Assembly: GCA_963706595.1 (NCBI GenBank)
Contig: OY970166.1
Span: forward strand, 2,080,001 to 2,144,000
Direction of reading: 5' to 3'
DNA: 64,000 bases
From: an uncultured cyanobacterium
Lineage (GTDB): Bacteria > Cyanobacteriota > Cyanobacteriia > Cyanobacteriales > Nostocaceae
Position 1 is the stretch's first letter, and the number at the start of each line of letters is the position of its first letter. A model generated the notes under the pieces. That model was given only the letters and a program-made list of their open reading frames with translations, was not told the origin of the DNA and ran no database searches. Positions 50,110-62,551 of the stretch are shown here, in pieces. The translations under genes and the position numbers were made by a program.

Positions 50110-51882
50110 CTAGCCCCTGGTAAAGCTATAAATTTGCTGAGTTTCTAAGCGATCGCATATCGTCGAAGGTACAATATCCAAAGAAAAATTCTGTCTGTCT
50201 AGTTGAACCTGCAAGTTACTCAAGGGGTCACTACCAGGAGAAATCAGAAATTCTAACTTCTCAACATCAGGTAAAGTTACCAGATGATCGAGAATTTGGA
50301 AAATTGCTTGCAGGTAAGGATGACCATTCTGTTTATACCAATCACTATCAGCAACATTTGCTTGATCAAAACCCAAGTGTACTGTTAATGATGGTTGAGC
50401 AAACAAAGCCAACCCCAAGGGACGCGCTTCTTCTTGTAGCAATAAATGATTATTTTTAGCTAAATTCCGTAATTTCTCTAAACGTTCATAGCGTTGGGTG
50501 ACTAATTCCGGCTCCTCTTGCCAATTAATTGCTACAGTAACCAAGTAAGTCTGTAACAGCATGTGACCTAGCTTTTGGGCTTTGGTTGCTAAATAATAAG
50601 AATTGTAATCGTTAGCTTCAATTAATAACGGTAAGCGGTCAACTACTTCTAAACCATAACCCTTGAGTCCGGCTATTTTACGAGGATTATTCGTAATTAG
50701 GCGAATTTTTTTTACACCCAAATCCATGAGCATTTGCGCCCCCATACCATAATCGCGCAAGTCTGCCGGAAATCCTAAGCGCTCGTTAGCCTCTACCGTA
50801 TCTAGTCCCATATCCTGCAAAGAATAGGCTTTGAGTTTATTAATTAAGCCGATTCCCCGCCCTTCTTGACGCAGATACACTACGACACCTTGACCCGCAG
50901 CTTCAATCATTTTTAATGCTGATGTTAGCTGCATCCGACAGTCGCAACGCAAAGAACCCAAAGCGTCACCAGTTAAACATTCGGAGTGCATCCGCACCAT
51001 CACCGGCTCATCTTTAAAATTAGCCGGATCACCCTTGACAATGGCAACGTGTTCTGTATTATCCAGAGTATGGCGATAGCCGTAAATATTAAACTGACCA
51101 AACTGGCTAGGTAGCTTGGTGACTATCTCACGATAGATCAAGCGGTCATGTTGCAGACGATAACTAATTAAATCGGCAATACTAATAATTTTAAGATTGT
51201 GATGTTGAGCATACAAGATTAATTCGGGCAACCGCGCCATTGAACCATTGGGGTTTTGAATTTCACAAATTACCCCGGCTGGATATAGCCCTGCTAATCG
51301 CGATAAATCAACAGCCGCTTCTGTATGTCCCGCCCGTTTGAGTACGCCTCCCAACCTGGCACGAATCGGGAAAATATGACCAGGACGACGTAAATCTGTA
51401 GGTTTTGTCGCTGGGTTGAGGGTAACTTGAATAGTGCGGGCGCGGTCTTCGGCAGAAATTCCCGTAGAAACACCCAACTCAGGTCCAGCATCAATACTAA
51501 CTGTAAATGCAGTTTGGTTAGTATCGGTGATGTTAGTCACCATTAATGGTAAATCTAATTCATCCAAGCGATCGCCTGTCATCGCCAGACAAATTAGCCC
51601 TCTAGCTTGCACCGCCATGAAATTAATCATATCCGGTGTGGCAAACTGGGCAGCACAGATTAAATCGCCTTCATTTTCTCGATTTTCATCATCTACCACC
51701 ACAATGACACGACCCGCTTTTAAGTCTGCCAAAGCAGCATCAATAGAATCAAATTTAAAGGCTGGGGTTGAGGAGGCAGCGCTATCAGTTTTTTCCCCTA
51801 CGGTCGGAGTTACACCCGTGCGGGTGTCTTCCCCATTCCAGGGAGTAGATTCAGACTGTCGTGTAGGCTTAGGCTTTGACAC
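50110..51882 (-). CDS. ribBA: Bifunctional DHBP synthase/GTP cyclohydrolase II
   Basis: DDENRENEGD, RPGHIFP, GHTEA, HSECLTGD..GSLRCDC and RQEGRGIGL motifs. Confidence 0.95.
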   Translation of the reverse strand: MSKPKPTRQSESTPWNGEDTRTGVTPTVGEKTDSAASSTPAFKFDSIDAALADLKAGRVIVVVDDENRENEGDLICAAQFATPDMINFMAVQARGLICLAMTGDRLDELDLPLMVTNITDTNQTAFTVSIDAGPELGVSTGISAEDRARTIQVTLNPATKPTDLRRPGHIFPIRARLGGVLKRAGHTEAAVDLSRLAGLYPAGVICEIQNPNGSMARLPELILYAQHHNLKIISIADLISYRLQHDRLIYREIVTKLPSQFGQFNIYGYRHTLDNTEHVAIVKGDPANFKDEPVMVRMHSECLTGDALGSLRCDCRMQLTSALKMIEAAGQGVVVYLRQEGRGIGLINKLKAYSLQDMGLDTVEANERLGFPADLRDYGMGAQMLMDLGVKKIRLITNNPRKIAGLKGYGLEVVDRLPLLIEANDYNSYYLATKAQKLGHMLLQTYLVTVAINWQEEPELVTQRYERLEKLRNLAKNNHLLLQEEARPLGLALFAQPSLTVHLGFDQANVADSDWYKQNGHPYLQAIFQILDHLVTLPDVEKLEFLISPGSDPLSNLQVQLDRQNFSLDIVPSTICDRLETQQIYSFTRG

Positions 51883-52224
51883 AGAAAATTTCCAGCTACC
51901 AAAAGTTAATTTTTTTTACAATTTCTTATTTTAAATTGTAGCTCGTTTATGTAAGACAGAAGTAGACTAACATTGATTTGATCAGTTAACTGCAACACCG
52001 AAAGGCTCAAATCCCCGAATTATCCCCAAAGTTAGGGATTTATGGGGGAAAATTTCCCCAGGAATGCGGATTTAATAAAATACACTAACCTGTATGATTA
52101 GCAACCACCAGGGGATATTTAGACGCAATTTAATGGTGGGGTGAGGTTAAAAACCAAAATTTGTATGTTATTTAAATCATATTCCCAACTCAATTAACCA
52201 AAAACGGATAAGGATTTCATAACT

Positions 52225-53283
52225 ATGGGTGATTTTAGACGCGTACCAGTTGGAATTGTTGGCGCGTCAGGCTATGGCGGAGTGCAACTAGTTAGATTAC
52301 TGATGGAACATCCAGAAGTTGAACTAGTTTATTTAGGCGGTGAGAGTAGTGCAGGTAAATCCTTTGGAGACCTCTACCCTCATCTGGCTCATCTCGTTAA
52401 TTTGCCAATCGAAGCAGTAGATGCAGAAGTAATTGCTCACCGTTGTGAAGTAGTATTTCTCTCGCTACCAAATGGGCTGGCTTGCCAAATTGCCCCGATA
52501 TTGTGTGAAAAAGGCTGTAAAGTCCTCGATTTGAGTGCCGACTATCGATTTAGCGATTTGACGACTTACACTAATTGGTATGGTACTCAAAGAAGCGATC
52601 GCACAACCGCCGCTACAGCAGTATATGGTTTACCGGAATTGTACCGCGATCGCATTGCCGAAGCCCAGTTAGTGGGCTGTCCTGGTTGTTACCCCACCGC
52701 CAGCCTTTTAGCCCTTTCGCCCCTACTTAAGCAAGGCTTAATCGTCCCCGAAACCGCCATTATCGATGCCAAATCAGGCACATCAGGCGGCGGAAGACAA
52801 GGCAAAGTTAACTTATTACTAGCAGAGGCTGATAACTCATTAGGAGCTTATGGTGTTAGTCGTCACCGACACACCCCGGAAATTGAGCAGATTTGTAGTG
52901 ATTTAGCCGGACACGAAGTCACAGTTCAATTTACCCCCCATCTGATTCCAATGGTGCGGGGGATTTTAGCCACAGTATATGCCACACTCCGCGATCCCGG
53001 ATTAGTGCGAGATGACTTAATTACAATTTATTCAGCCTTCTATCGCCACGCCCCTTGGGTGAGAATCTGCAACAGTGGCATTTATCCTCAAACCAAGTGG
53101 GCGTGTGGTAGTAATCTTTGTTACATCGGTGTAGAAGTTGACCCGCGCACAGGTCGAGTCATAGTCATGTCAGCCATTGACAACCTGATTAAAGGACAGG
53201 CGGGACAAGCAATACAATGTTTGAACCTGATGATGGGCTGGGATGAAACCTTGGGTTTACCCAAAGTCGGATTTTATCCATAA
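52225..53283 (+). CDS. argC: N-acetyl-gamma-glutamyl-phosphate reductase
   Basis: [33 protein letters not shown] and [11 protein letters not shown] motifs. Confidence 0.96.
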   Translation: MGDFRRVPVGIVGASGYGGVQLVRLLMEHPEVELVYLGGESSAGKSFGDLYPHLAHLVNLPIEAVDAEVIAHRCEVVFLSLPNGLACQIAPILCEKGCKVLDLSADYRFSDLTTYTNWYGTQRSDRTTAATAVYGLPELYRDRIAEAQLVGCPGCYPTASLLALSPLLKQGLIVPETAIIDAKSGTSGGGRQGKVNLLLAEADNSLGAYGVSRHRHTPEIEQICSDLAGHEVTVQFTPHLIPMVRGILATVYATLRDPGLVRDDLITIYSAFYRHAPWVRICNSGIYPQTKWACGSNLCYIGVEVDPRTGRVIVMSAIDNLIKGQAGQAIQCLNLMMGWDETLGLPKVGFYP

Positions 53284-53354
53284 TCGGAGAATGGGGACTG
53301 GGTACTGGAAAAATACTTCCCCCCTGCTCCCTGCTCCCTGCCCCCCTGCCTCTT

Positions 53355-54695
<1,341 letters not shown>

Positions 54696-54882
54696 TTAGT
54701 CATAACCCAATCGTTAGTTTATGTGTTTCCGGCGCTAAATCGCCTGAGATTAAAGAAGATTTCCAATAGATGACGGTGGAAGTTGCTTGACTGGGTAAGA
54801 AGTAAAACACAGATGACTATGGGCTACATCTGCTATAAAAGCTATTTACGTTATAATTTCCTTAAAATCCGAGAGATTATTT

Positions 54883-55113
54883 ATGAACAAAGAAAGTATT
54901 ACAGCCATAATTCATACGGGTGATGATTTTGGTTATGTGGCTGAATGTATAGAAATTTCTGTTGTTACTCAAGGGGATAGTTTGGATGAAGTTGTGAAAA
55001 ATTGTACTGATGCAGTTTTTCTGCATTTGGAAGGGGAAAATCCCGAAGATTTTGGATTAATTGAGCATCCCGCTATTCGCTTTGTTTTTGAACTCCAGCC
55101 GACTTATGCCTAA
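54883..55113 (+). CDS. hicB: HicB family antitoxin (short form)
   Basis: GYVAEC and VVTQGDSLDE...AVFLHLE motifs. Confidence 0.82.
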   Translation: MNKESITAIIHTGDDFGYVAECIEISVVTQGDSLDEVVKNCTDAVFLHLEGENPEDFGLIEHPAIRFVFELQPTYA

Positions 55114-55345
55114 GTTAAGAAGATTATCAGCACAGGAAGTAATTGATATTTTAAATCAATTTGGTTTTGAGATTATTAGCCAAAAAGGCAGTCATATTAA
55201 ATTGCGGAGATTAAGCGAAACAGGAAAAGAAACATTAACAATACCTAATCATAAACAATTAGATTTAGGGACTTGTCGGGCCATTTTTCGCCAAGCTAGT
55301 AAATATATTCCTGAATCAGATTTATATGCTCATTTTTATGAATAA
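55106..55345 (+). CDS. hicA: HicA family toxin
   Basis: MPKLRRLS, QKGSHIKLRR and IPNHKQL..GT..AI.RQA motifs. Confidence 0.88.
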   Translation: MPKLRRLSAQEVIDILNQFGFEIISQKGSHIKLRRLSETGKETLTIPNHKQLDLGTCRAIFRQASKYIPESDLYAHFYE

Positions 55346-55391
55346 GAGATATATTTATGTTATGATTTCCTGGAAATTCTAGGGATTATTT

Positions 55392-55475
55392 ATGAATACA
55401 TTAGAAATTCGGCAACAAATTCAAGAATATGTTGATCAACTGTCACCAGAAAAATTATTAGTTGCTGTTGATTAA
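55392..55475 (+). pseudogene. Truncated antitoxin-like ORF (27 aa)
   Basis: MNTLEIRQQIQEYVDQLSPEKLLVAVD*, preceded by a copy of the hicB leader. Confidence 0.55.
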
Positions 55476-55527
55476 ATCCCAGAAATTATTGCTTAATACA
55501 GTAGAAATTTGTCTTGTCTGGCGCAGC

Positions 55528-56868
55528 TTATCTAATTCTCAAATACTCTCTAAACACAGGAGATAAATTAAACAAAACTTTGTCTTTTACAGTTGTTGTC
55601 AGTAAATAACGTTGTTTTAAAGATTGCAAACCATTAATTAATTCCATTGATGATATGTCTAAGTTTTGTTTCATCTCTTCTCTTGACACAGGTTGATTAA
55701 ATTTACTTAATTCTAAAACAATTTGTTGTTCTATGGATGATAATCTGTTAAATAATTGACTAAAATAAAGTTGCATATTTTTGGTAACAACTAGGTTATT
55801 TTCAGCTAAGAAGTCATTAACATAACCATCAAAGATATCTTTTATTAAAAAAGCAATATCTTTTAAATAAATAGGATTACTTTCATATAAATCACTCAAA
55901 TTTAACCAGCTATCCTCATTTCTCAAACCCAGAGTTTTTAAAATTTCAACATTCTGTAAACCGGATAATTCTAAATATTTAATCGGAGATAATTCTTCAT
56001 CAGCAAATTCCATGTCTGCACATTTTTCTTGACTGATTAAAATCAAACTACTTTGATGTTCTATTTCTGTTATCATGGTAAAAAGGTTTTGATAATTTTT
56101 ATATTCAGTTTGATAACTTCCGGCAAATTTACCACTAGCAAAAATATTTTCCAGATCATCAATAATAATTAAACATTTTTTTTCAGTCAGAAAATCTAAT
56201 AATTGTCTTAATTTATCATCTGTGCTTTCTTTGCTTTCTTGTTCAGCAATCTTTAATAAATCATCAATGAATAAATCTAGCGACTTAGGTAATTTTAAAC
56301 TTCTCCAGATAATTACCTCAAATTGTTTTAAGTTTAAATCAATAAATTTTTTAACTAAAGTAGTTTTACCAATTCCATTTAATCCTAATACTGAGACTAT
56401 ACGCGTATTTTTATTTAATATCCAATTATCTAAAATTTCTAATTCTTTTTCTCTTTCGTAAAAACGAATAATTTGAGGAGATGATTTTAGATCATGTTTA
56501 AAGGATTCTTGATTATTATTTGGTTTCTCATTTTTATTCACTTGCGGATATGATGGACAAAAATTCAAATTAATATTCTTATTTTGTTGAATAACAATAG
56601 GTGAAGATGTTAGCTTTAATCGTGACAAAGTAGAGCGAAAATTATTTTTATGAATATCTTGATCTAAATGGTTAGAAAAAATGCGCCAAAGTTTATAACC
56701 TATATTCCTAATATGACTTTCACTACAATGAGAGTTATCAGCAATTTTATCATAGGTTTTACCCTCCCATACTCCCTTAATTACTGTTTCCTGAATATCA
56801 TCTAAATGCTTTCCCGTGTCCGCAAATACCAAATTATCAGCAATCTCTAAAACTTCTGTTATATCCAT
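55528..56868 (-). CDS. NB-ARC/STAND-type ATPase with N-terminal HTH and C-terminal winged helix, lacking repeat sensor domain
   Basis: Walker A GLNGIGKT, Walker B IIIDD and NPIYL. The N-terminus GKTYDKIA...GYKLW is HTH-like. Confidence 0.85.
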   Translation of the reverse strand: MDITEVLEIADNLVFADTGKHLDDIQETVIKGVWEGKTYDKIADNSHCSESHIRNIGYKLWRIFSNHLDQDIHKNNFRSTLSRLKLTSSPIVIQQNKNINLNFCPSYPQVNKNEKPNNNQESFKHDLKSSPQIIRFYEREKELEILDNWILNKNTRIVSVLGLNGIGKTTLVKKFIDLNLKQFEVIIWRSLKLPKSLDLFIDDLLKIAEQESKESTDDKLRQLLDFLTEKKCLIIIDDLENIFASGKFAGSYQTEYKNYQNLFTMITEIEHQSSLILISQEKCADMEFADEELSPIKYLELSGLQNVEILKTLGLRNEDSWLNLSDLYESNPIYLKDIAFLIKDIFDGYVNDFLAENNLVVTKNMQLYFSQLFNRLSSIEQQIVLELSKFNQPVSREEMKQNLDISSMELINGLQSLKQRYLLTTTVKDKVLFNLSPVFREYLRIR

Positions 56869-57100
56869 AAAAATATATATGATGAGAATTAAGTTATCAA
56901 TTGTATCAAATTTCTTAAATAAAATCCTACATTTTATGACAATTTATTTTAAATTGCATTAAAAAAATTAAAGATAAAATAAGATATTTTTAGATCACTT
57001 AGTATTTAAGATTTCGTTATAATTTAGACACCGTAGTAAAATATGTCAAATTTTGAGTGAACAAATAAACATATTTTCTAAATAATGCAAATTTAACTTC

Positions 57101-57137
57101 TGGAGATGTCTGATAATTTTACTATCTGACATCTCCT
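57101..57137 (+). promoter_or_regulatory. Inverted repeat 27 bp upstream of the SHOCT operon
   Basis: GGAGATGTC-TGATA...TATCT-GACATCTCC. Confidence 0.45.
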
Positions 57138-57163
57138 AATATTTCGTGAGTTAATCTCTATTT

Positions 57164-57667
57164 ATGAACAAGGAAAATTTATCTGTTTGGAATCCATTTA
57201 TACCCACTGAAAGAGATATAACTCGTAATAGTGAATTAGCTCAAAAAAATGAAATTATAGCAGGAGTTTTAAGTTTTATATTCTTTCCTGCTGGATTAAT
57301 TTATTTAAACAGAGCAATTAATCCACTTAAAATTTTCGGTTATACCATTATTTTGGGTGTTTTAGTTAATGTGGGTTCATCTTCAAATACTGAAGAAAAT
57401 TCTACTAATTTTATTTCCCTTTTAGGTATAAGTGCGATTACAGCAGAACAAGTAATTGCTGTCAAGTCTGCACGTCAAAGACTAGGAGGAAAAACAACAT
57501 CATTACCAAATTCTAATTTTGATAATTCAGTTCCATCTGCTTTGAGTTATAAAACAGATGACAAAGCAGTTAAATTGCTTAAAGAACTGAAGGAAAAATA
57601 TGAAGCAAATGAAATTTCTGAAGAAGAATTTAAACTTCAGAAACAAAAAATTCTTGATTCTCTCTAG
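57164..57667 (+). CDS. Membrane protein with C-terminal SHOCT domain
   Basis: Two to three hydrophobic segments and LKELKEKYEANEISEEEFKLQKQKIL. Confidence 0.72.
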   Translation: MNKENLSVWNPFIPTERDITRNSELAQKNEIIAGVLSFIFFPAGLIYLNRAINPLKIFGYTIILGVLVNVGSSSNTEENSTNFISLLGISAITAEQVIAVKSARQRLGGKTTSLPNSNFDNSVPSALSYKTDDKAVKLLKELKEKYEANEISEEEFKLQKQKILDSL

Positions 57668-57705
57668 TACATAGCAAAAAAATTAATTATCAGGAGACTC
57701 TAATC

Positions 57706-58248
57706 ATGGCTAACTTTTTTAAAAATCTTACTCAAACTCTTGGTGAAGGACTAGCTGAAGCTTCAACTAAAAGCTCTGTTGATTCTCAGAGACAAAGCGA
57801 AATTAATAACTTAGAAACTCAAATCAAAGCAATTGAAATTAAGTTGGAAAAACAATATACTTTACTAGGTCAATTAGTAGCAGATAATTTGCGTAAAGCT
57901 GAATCCATTAGTAATGAAGCTGTAGCAAAATTATTCAATCCGATTAAAAAACTAGATGGAGAGAAATTGGAAACTTTAGAAAAAATTAAGGAATTAAAAG
58001 CTAAACAAGCTGAACAAGATAAAGCAGAGGATTTATTGCGGATAAAGAAAGAAGTTGAAGCGGGATTGAAGAAGTTAGAGGAACTTAAATCTTTAGAAGT
58101 TATTGATGAGGAAGAGTTTGAAATTGCTCAAGTTAAATTAAATAAAAAAGTCAATAATTTTGAGAAATTGTATAATTTGAAAATTGCCCGTGAGCGGGGT
58201 TTAATTAATGAACCAGAGTATACTCAAAGAAAAGCTTCACTTGAGTAG
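57706..58248 (+). CDS. Coiled-coil protein with two SHOCT-like motifs
   Basis: LKKLEELKSLEVIDEEEF and LKIARERGLINEPEY motifs. Confidence 0.68.
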   Translation: MANFFKNLTQTLGEGLAEASTKSSVDSQRQSEINNLETQIKAIEIKLEKQYTLLGQLVADNLRKAESISNEAVAKLFNPIKKLDGEKLETLEKIKELKAKQAEQDKAEDLLRIKKEVEAGLKKLEELKSLEVIDEEEFEIAQVKLNKKVNNFEKLYNLKIARERGLINEPEYTQRKASLE

Positions 58249-58480
58249 ATTAGCCGTGTAAGCTACATTAAAGTTTTAAGTTTTAAGTAGGGGGTTAGCA
58301 TTTTTAAACCCCTATTTTGACATTTATTACCCAAAATGCAGGATAAAATTGGCAAATTGTATAAATTAATAGTTTATGATAGGCTTGTTAGTTAGAGCAA
58401 TTACTGGCTTTATGCAGAGCGATCGCTGAAAGCAAAAATTTTTAATGGCATCAATTATTTATTTTCAATAAAAAAGTATC

Positions 58481-58816
58481 TCAAGCTACAGAAAAATCTG
58501 TAAATTGCCGATATTCAGGACGAAGAAATCCTAAAATAATATCATCCTTTTCTACTCCTAATTCCAATAACTCCTCAGTTATCCCTCTTTCTGTACCATC
58601 CCATTCAATGCAGATTTTACCATCAATAATTCGCAGATGAAATACAACTGCATGAACCCTATCCGTTGTATCCCAACCTGTATCCATTAATAAATAATTA
58701 TCAGATTCTTGATCACAAATACATAAACCCTCAATCTTACCATGACTAGGTTTATATTGAGCGTGTTTTTTTACAATGCTAACTAGAATTTGTCTGTATT
58801 GTTCTAATTTATCCAT
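58481..58816 (-). CDS. xisI: XisI family protein
   Basis: MDKLEQYR, YLLMDTGW, KICIEWDGTE.GI and GV.K.DI.LGF motifs. Confidence 0.92.
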   Translation of the reverse strand: MDKLEQYRQILVSIVKKHAQYKPSHGKIEGLCICDQESDNYLLMDTGWDTTDRVHAVVFHLRIIDGKICIEWDGTERGITEELLELGVEKDDIILGFLRPEYRQFTDFSVA

Positions 58817-58873
58817 TGTAGAATTACCTCCTCAATTGGATCGAAAATCATGTAATTAATCTGTTGTTGGTAA
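58804..58873 (-). pseudogene. xisH: 3' remnant of xisH
   Basis: Manual translation YQQQINYMIFDPIEEVILQWIN* overlaps the xisI start, as XisH C-termini do. The rest of the gene is absent. Confidence 0.7.
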
Positions 58874-59001
58874 CTCAAAATATGTTCTAACTTTTACAAA
58901 CAGAATTCGCAATAGTTAAGCAGATAGAAGCACACCTAGACGCTGTTGATGTGTAAATCGCTGATGGGAGATAAAATAGAATAATTAAAGAGAAGGTGAA
59001 T

Positions 59002-59436
59002 ATGCGATTACTACATACCATGCTACGGGTCGGCAACTTGGACGAGTCTTTAAAATTTTACTGTGATGTCCTGGGGATGAAATTATTGCGGAGAAAAGAC
59101 TATCCAGGTGGAGAATTTACCTTGGCGTTTATCGGCTATGGTGACGAAAGTGATCACAGCGTGATCGAACTAACTTATAACTGGGGAGTTGAAAAATACG
59201 ACTTGGGTAACGCTTACGGTCATATTGCCCTTGGTGTTGATGATATTTATACCACCTGTGCAGAAATTACAAAGCTGGGTGGTAAAGTGACGCGGGAACC
59301 AGGTCCAATGAAACACGGTTCGACAGTCATTGCTTTTGTGGAAGATCCAGATGGGTATAAAGTGGAACTGATTCAACTGAAAAATCAAAGTTCAGCAGCA
59401 AAACCAGAATCAGCAGAACAACTGGTCAACAAATAA
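59002..59436 (+). CDS. gloA: Lactoylglutathione lyase (glyoxalase I)
   Basis: [22 protein letters not shown] and [11 protein letters not shown] motifs. Confidence 0.96.
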   Translation: MRLLHTMLRVGNLDESLKFYCDVLGMKLLRRKDYPGGEFTLAFIGYGDESDHSVIELTYNWGVEKYDLGNAYGHIALGVDDIYTTCAEITKLGGKVTREPGPMKHGSTVIAFVEDPDGYKVELIQLKNQSSAAKPESAEQLVNK

Positions 59437-59789
59437 GATATCTGACAAGATTACCAGACTTGATGATTTCCTTGTGGAACAGGCATCTTGCCTGTTCTGG
59501 GAAGTCCAGAAGGAAGAACTACATCCAATCTGGCAAAGTTCCCGCATAACGATATTTTAGTTCTAAATTAGATATATGAACAATCCCACATTGCCACCGC
59601 AGATACAAGCTGATACATATTGTTAATCTTTGGATAATGTTTTGGAGGGTGGATACTGGCAAAATACCAAAATGAGCTAAAACTATTCTCATCTGCACCT
59701 AGTGACAGGATCGCGTCTGATATTTCTACGTGATTCCCATCCTCATCCTGGCAACTTTTCTAAAAATCCTAAATCTAAAATCCTTAAAA

Positions 59790-62444
59790 ATGCAGCCTAC
59801 AGATCCCAATAAATTTACTGATACAGCCTGGGAAGCAATTGTTAAATCTCAGGATATAGTCCGCGCCTATCAACAGCAGCAACTAGATGTGGAACATCTA
59901 ATTATTGCCCTTTTACAAGAACCTACAAGTTTAGCTGTCCGGATTTTCGCTCGCGCTGAAGTTGATCCCGTACGCTTACAACAGCAATTAGAAGCTTTTA
60001 CCCAGCGTCAGCCGAAAGTCGGTAAAAGTGATCAGCTTTATCTGGGGCGTAACTTAGATGTGTTACTGGATAAGGCTGAAGAAGTTAAGGTGAGGATGCA
60101 GGATGCCTACATCTCAGTAGAACATATAATTTTGGCTTTCGCTGAAGATGAACGGATTGGACGGCGGGTAATGAAGGCTTTTAAGGCGGATAGCGCCAAG
60201 TTAGAAGCGAATATCAAAAGTGTGCGCGGTAGCCAAAAAGTGACAGACCAAAACCCAGAATCTCGTTATGAAGCTTTGCAAAAATTTGGCAGAGATTTAA
60301 CAGAACAAGCTAAAGCCGGGAAGTTAGACCCAGTAATTGGGCGGGATGACGAAATTCGCCGGGTAATTCAAGTCTTATCTCGCCGGAGTAAGAATAACCC
60401 TGTGCTGATTGGTGAACCTGGGGTGGGTAAAACTGCGATCGCGGAAGCTCTAGCACAGCGTATGGTAAATGGAGATGTCCCAGAATCTCTGAAAAATCGC
60501 CAGTTGATTTCCTTAGATATCGGGAGTTTAATTGCTGGGGCGAAATTGCGGGGGGAATTTGAAGAACGCCTGAAAGCAGTTCTCAGGGAAGTCACAGAAT
60601 CCAACGGTCAAATTGTCCTATTTATTGATGAACTCCACACCGTTGTGGGGACTGGTTCCAGTCAACAAGGGGCGATGGATGCGGGAAATTTACTTAAACC
60701 CATGCTAGCGCGGGGCGAATTGCGGTGTATTGGCGCGACAACACTGGATGAATACCGCAAACACATTGAAAAAGATGCGGCTTTAGAACGCCGTTTTCAG
60801 CAAGTATTTGTCGATCAGCCTAGTGTAGAAAATACCATTTCTATTCTACGGGGATTAAAGGAACGCTACGAAGTTCACCACAATGTGAAAATTTCTGATT
60901 CGGCTTTAGTCGCCGCCGCTACATTGTCCGCCCGTTATATTGCTGACCGCTTTTTACCAGATAAAGCCATTGACTTGGTAGATGAAGCCGCCGCCCAGTT
61001 GAAAATGGAGATTACCTCTAAACCCGCAGAATTGGAAACCATTGACCGCCGCTTGATGCAGCTAGAAATGGAAAAGCTATCCTTGGCTGGGGAAGAAAAG
61101 GAAACTGCACCAGCTAGGGAGCGTTTTGAGCGCATTGAGGCAGAAATTGCCACTTTGACGGTAAAACAGCAGGAATTTAATGAACAATGGCAAGGTGAGA
61201 AACAGCTTTTAGAGGCGATTAGTACTTTAAAGAAAGAAGAAGATGGCTTGCGGGTGCAAATTGAGCAGGCAGAACGGGCTTATGATTTGAATAAAGCTGC
61301 CCAATTGAAGTATGGTAAGTTGGAAGGTGTGCAGCGCGATCGCGAAGCCAAAGAAGCCCAACTATTAGAAATTCAAAACCAAGGTTCTACTCTGCTGCGA
61401 GAACAAGTCACAGAGTCCGATATTGCCGAAATTGTCGCCAAATGGACTGGTATACCCGTAAATCGGCTTTTGGCATCAGAACGCCACAAATTACTGCAAC
61501 TAGAAACTCATTTACATCAACGAGTCATCGGACAACATGAAGCCGTAGCCGCAGTATCCGCCGCCATTCGTCGCGCCCGTGCGGGGATGAAAGACCCCAG
61601 TCGTCCCATTGGTTCATTTTTGTTTATGGGACCCACAGGCGTAGGTAAAACCGAATTAGCCCGTGCTTTGGCGCAGTTTCTCTTTGATTCTGATGATGCT
61701 TTGATCCGTTTGGATATGTCTGAGTATATGGAAAAACACTCGGTTTCCCGTTTAGTGGGTGCGCCTCCGGGATATGTGGGTTATGAAGAAGGTGGTCAAC
61801 TTTCCCAAGCTGTGCGCCGTCATCCTTATTCGGTGGTGCTATTCGATGAGGTAGAAAAGGCACACCCAGATGTGTTTAATATTTTATTGCAGGTGTTAGA
61901 TGATGGCAGAATTACTGACTCACAGGGTAGGGCAGTAGACTTCCGTAACACAGTTATAGTCATGACTAGCAACATCGGTAGCGAATATATATTAGATGTT
62001 TCTGGTGATGATACTAAGTATGATATGATGCAAACAAGGGTGACAGATTCCCTGCGATCGCACTTCCGCCCCGAATTTCTCAACCGGGTAGATGATATCA
62101 TTATCTTCCATGCCCTCAGCCGTACCGAGATGCGCCACATCATCCGCATCCAACTCAAGCGGGTAGAAAAACTGCTGCGAGACCAAAAAATCTCCTTTGA
62201 AATCTCCGCCGCCGCCTGTGATTACTTAGTAGAAGCAGGCTATGATCCAGTTTACGGCGCACGTCCCCTGAAGCGGGCAATTCAGCGAGAAGTAGAAAAC
62301 CCCCTCGCCACCAAATTATTAGAGAATACCTTTATCCCTGGAGACACAATTTTCATCGAAAAAGAAGACCAGGGTTTAACCTTCAGTAAAACCATGCCGG
62401 TTAAAGTCACCGTTTCACCATCTTCTGTAAAAGTGTTGGAATAA
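59790..62444 (+). CDS. clpB: ATP-dependent chaperone ClpB
   Basis: Two AAA+ modules (GEPGVGKT and GPTGVGKT), a coiled-coil middle domain and YGARPL. Confidence 0.96.
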   Translation: MQPTDPNKFTDTAWEAIVKSQDIVRAYQQQQLDVEHLIIALLQEPTSLAVRIFARAEVDPVRLQQQLEAFTQRQPKVGKSDQLYLGRNLDVLLDKAEEVKVRMQDAYISVEHIILAFAEDERIGRRVMKAFKADSAKLEANIKSVRGSQKVTDQNPESRYEALQKFGRDLTEQAKAGKLDPVIGRDDEIRRVIQVLSRRSKNNPVLIGEPGVGKTAIAEALAQRMVNGDVPESLKNRQLISLDIGSLIAGAKLRGEFEERLKAVLREVTESNGQIVLFIDELHTVVGTGSSQQGAMDAGNLLKPMLARGELRCIGATTLDEYRKHIEKDAALERRFQQVFVDQPSVENTISILRGLKERYEVHHNVKISDSALVAAATLSARYIADRFLPDKAIDLVDEAAAQLKMEITSKPAELETIDRRLMQLEMEKLSLAGEEKETAPARERFERIEAEIATLTVKQQEFNEQWQGEKQLLEAISTLKKEEDGLRVQIEQAERAYDLNKAAQLKYGKLEGVQRDREAKEAQLLEIQNQGSTLLREQVTESDIAEIVAKWTGIPVNRLLASERHKLLQLETHLHQRVIGQHEAVAAVSAAIRRARAGMKDPSRPIGSFLFMGPTGVGKTELARALAQFLFDSDDALIRLDMSEYMEKHSVSRLVGAPPGYVGYEEGGQLSQAVRRHPYSVVLFDEVEKAHPDVFNILLQVLDDGRITDSQGRAVDFRNTVIVMTSNIGSEYILDVSGDDTKYDMMQTRVTDSLRSHFRPEFLNRVDDIIIFHALSRTEMRHIIRIQLKRVEKLLRDQKISFEISAAACDYLVEAGYDPVYGARPLKRAIQREVENPLATKLLENTFIPGDTIFIEKEDQGLTFSKTMPVKVTVSPSSVKVLE

Positions 62445-62551
62445 AAACGCTCGTAGTGAGGGCTTTAGCCCTCTCTATTTCAACTTGCGTTTTCATCATT
62501 ACTATTGTCGGCTGGTATTACTTCCGCTAGCCATTGAACTATGGTCAGCCA

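Noticed and set aside
58481..58816. fdxN-type excision element suggested by xisI
   Set aside because: No recombinase and no interrupted nif/fdx/hup gene is present in the window.
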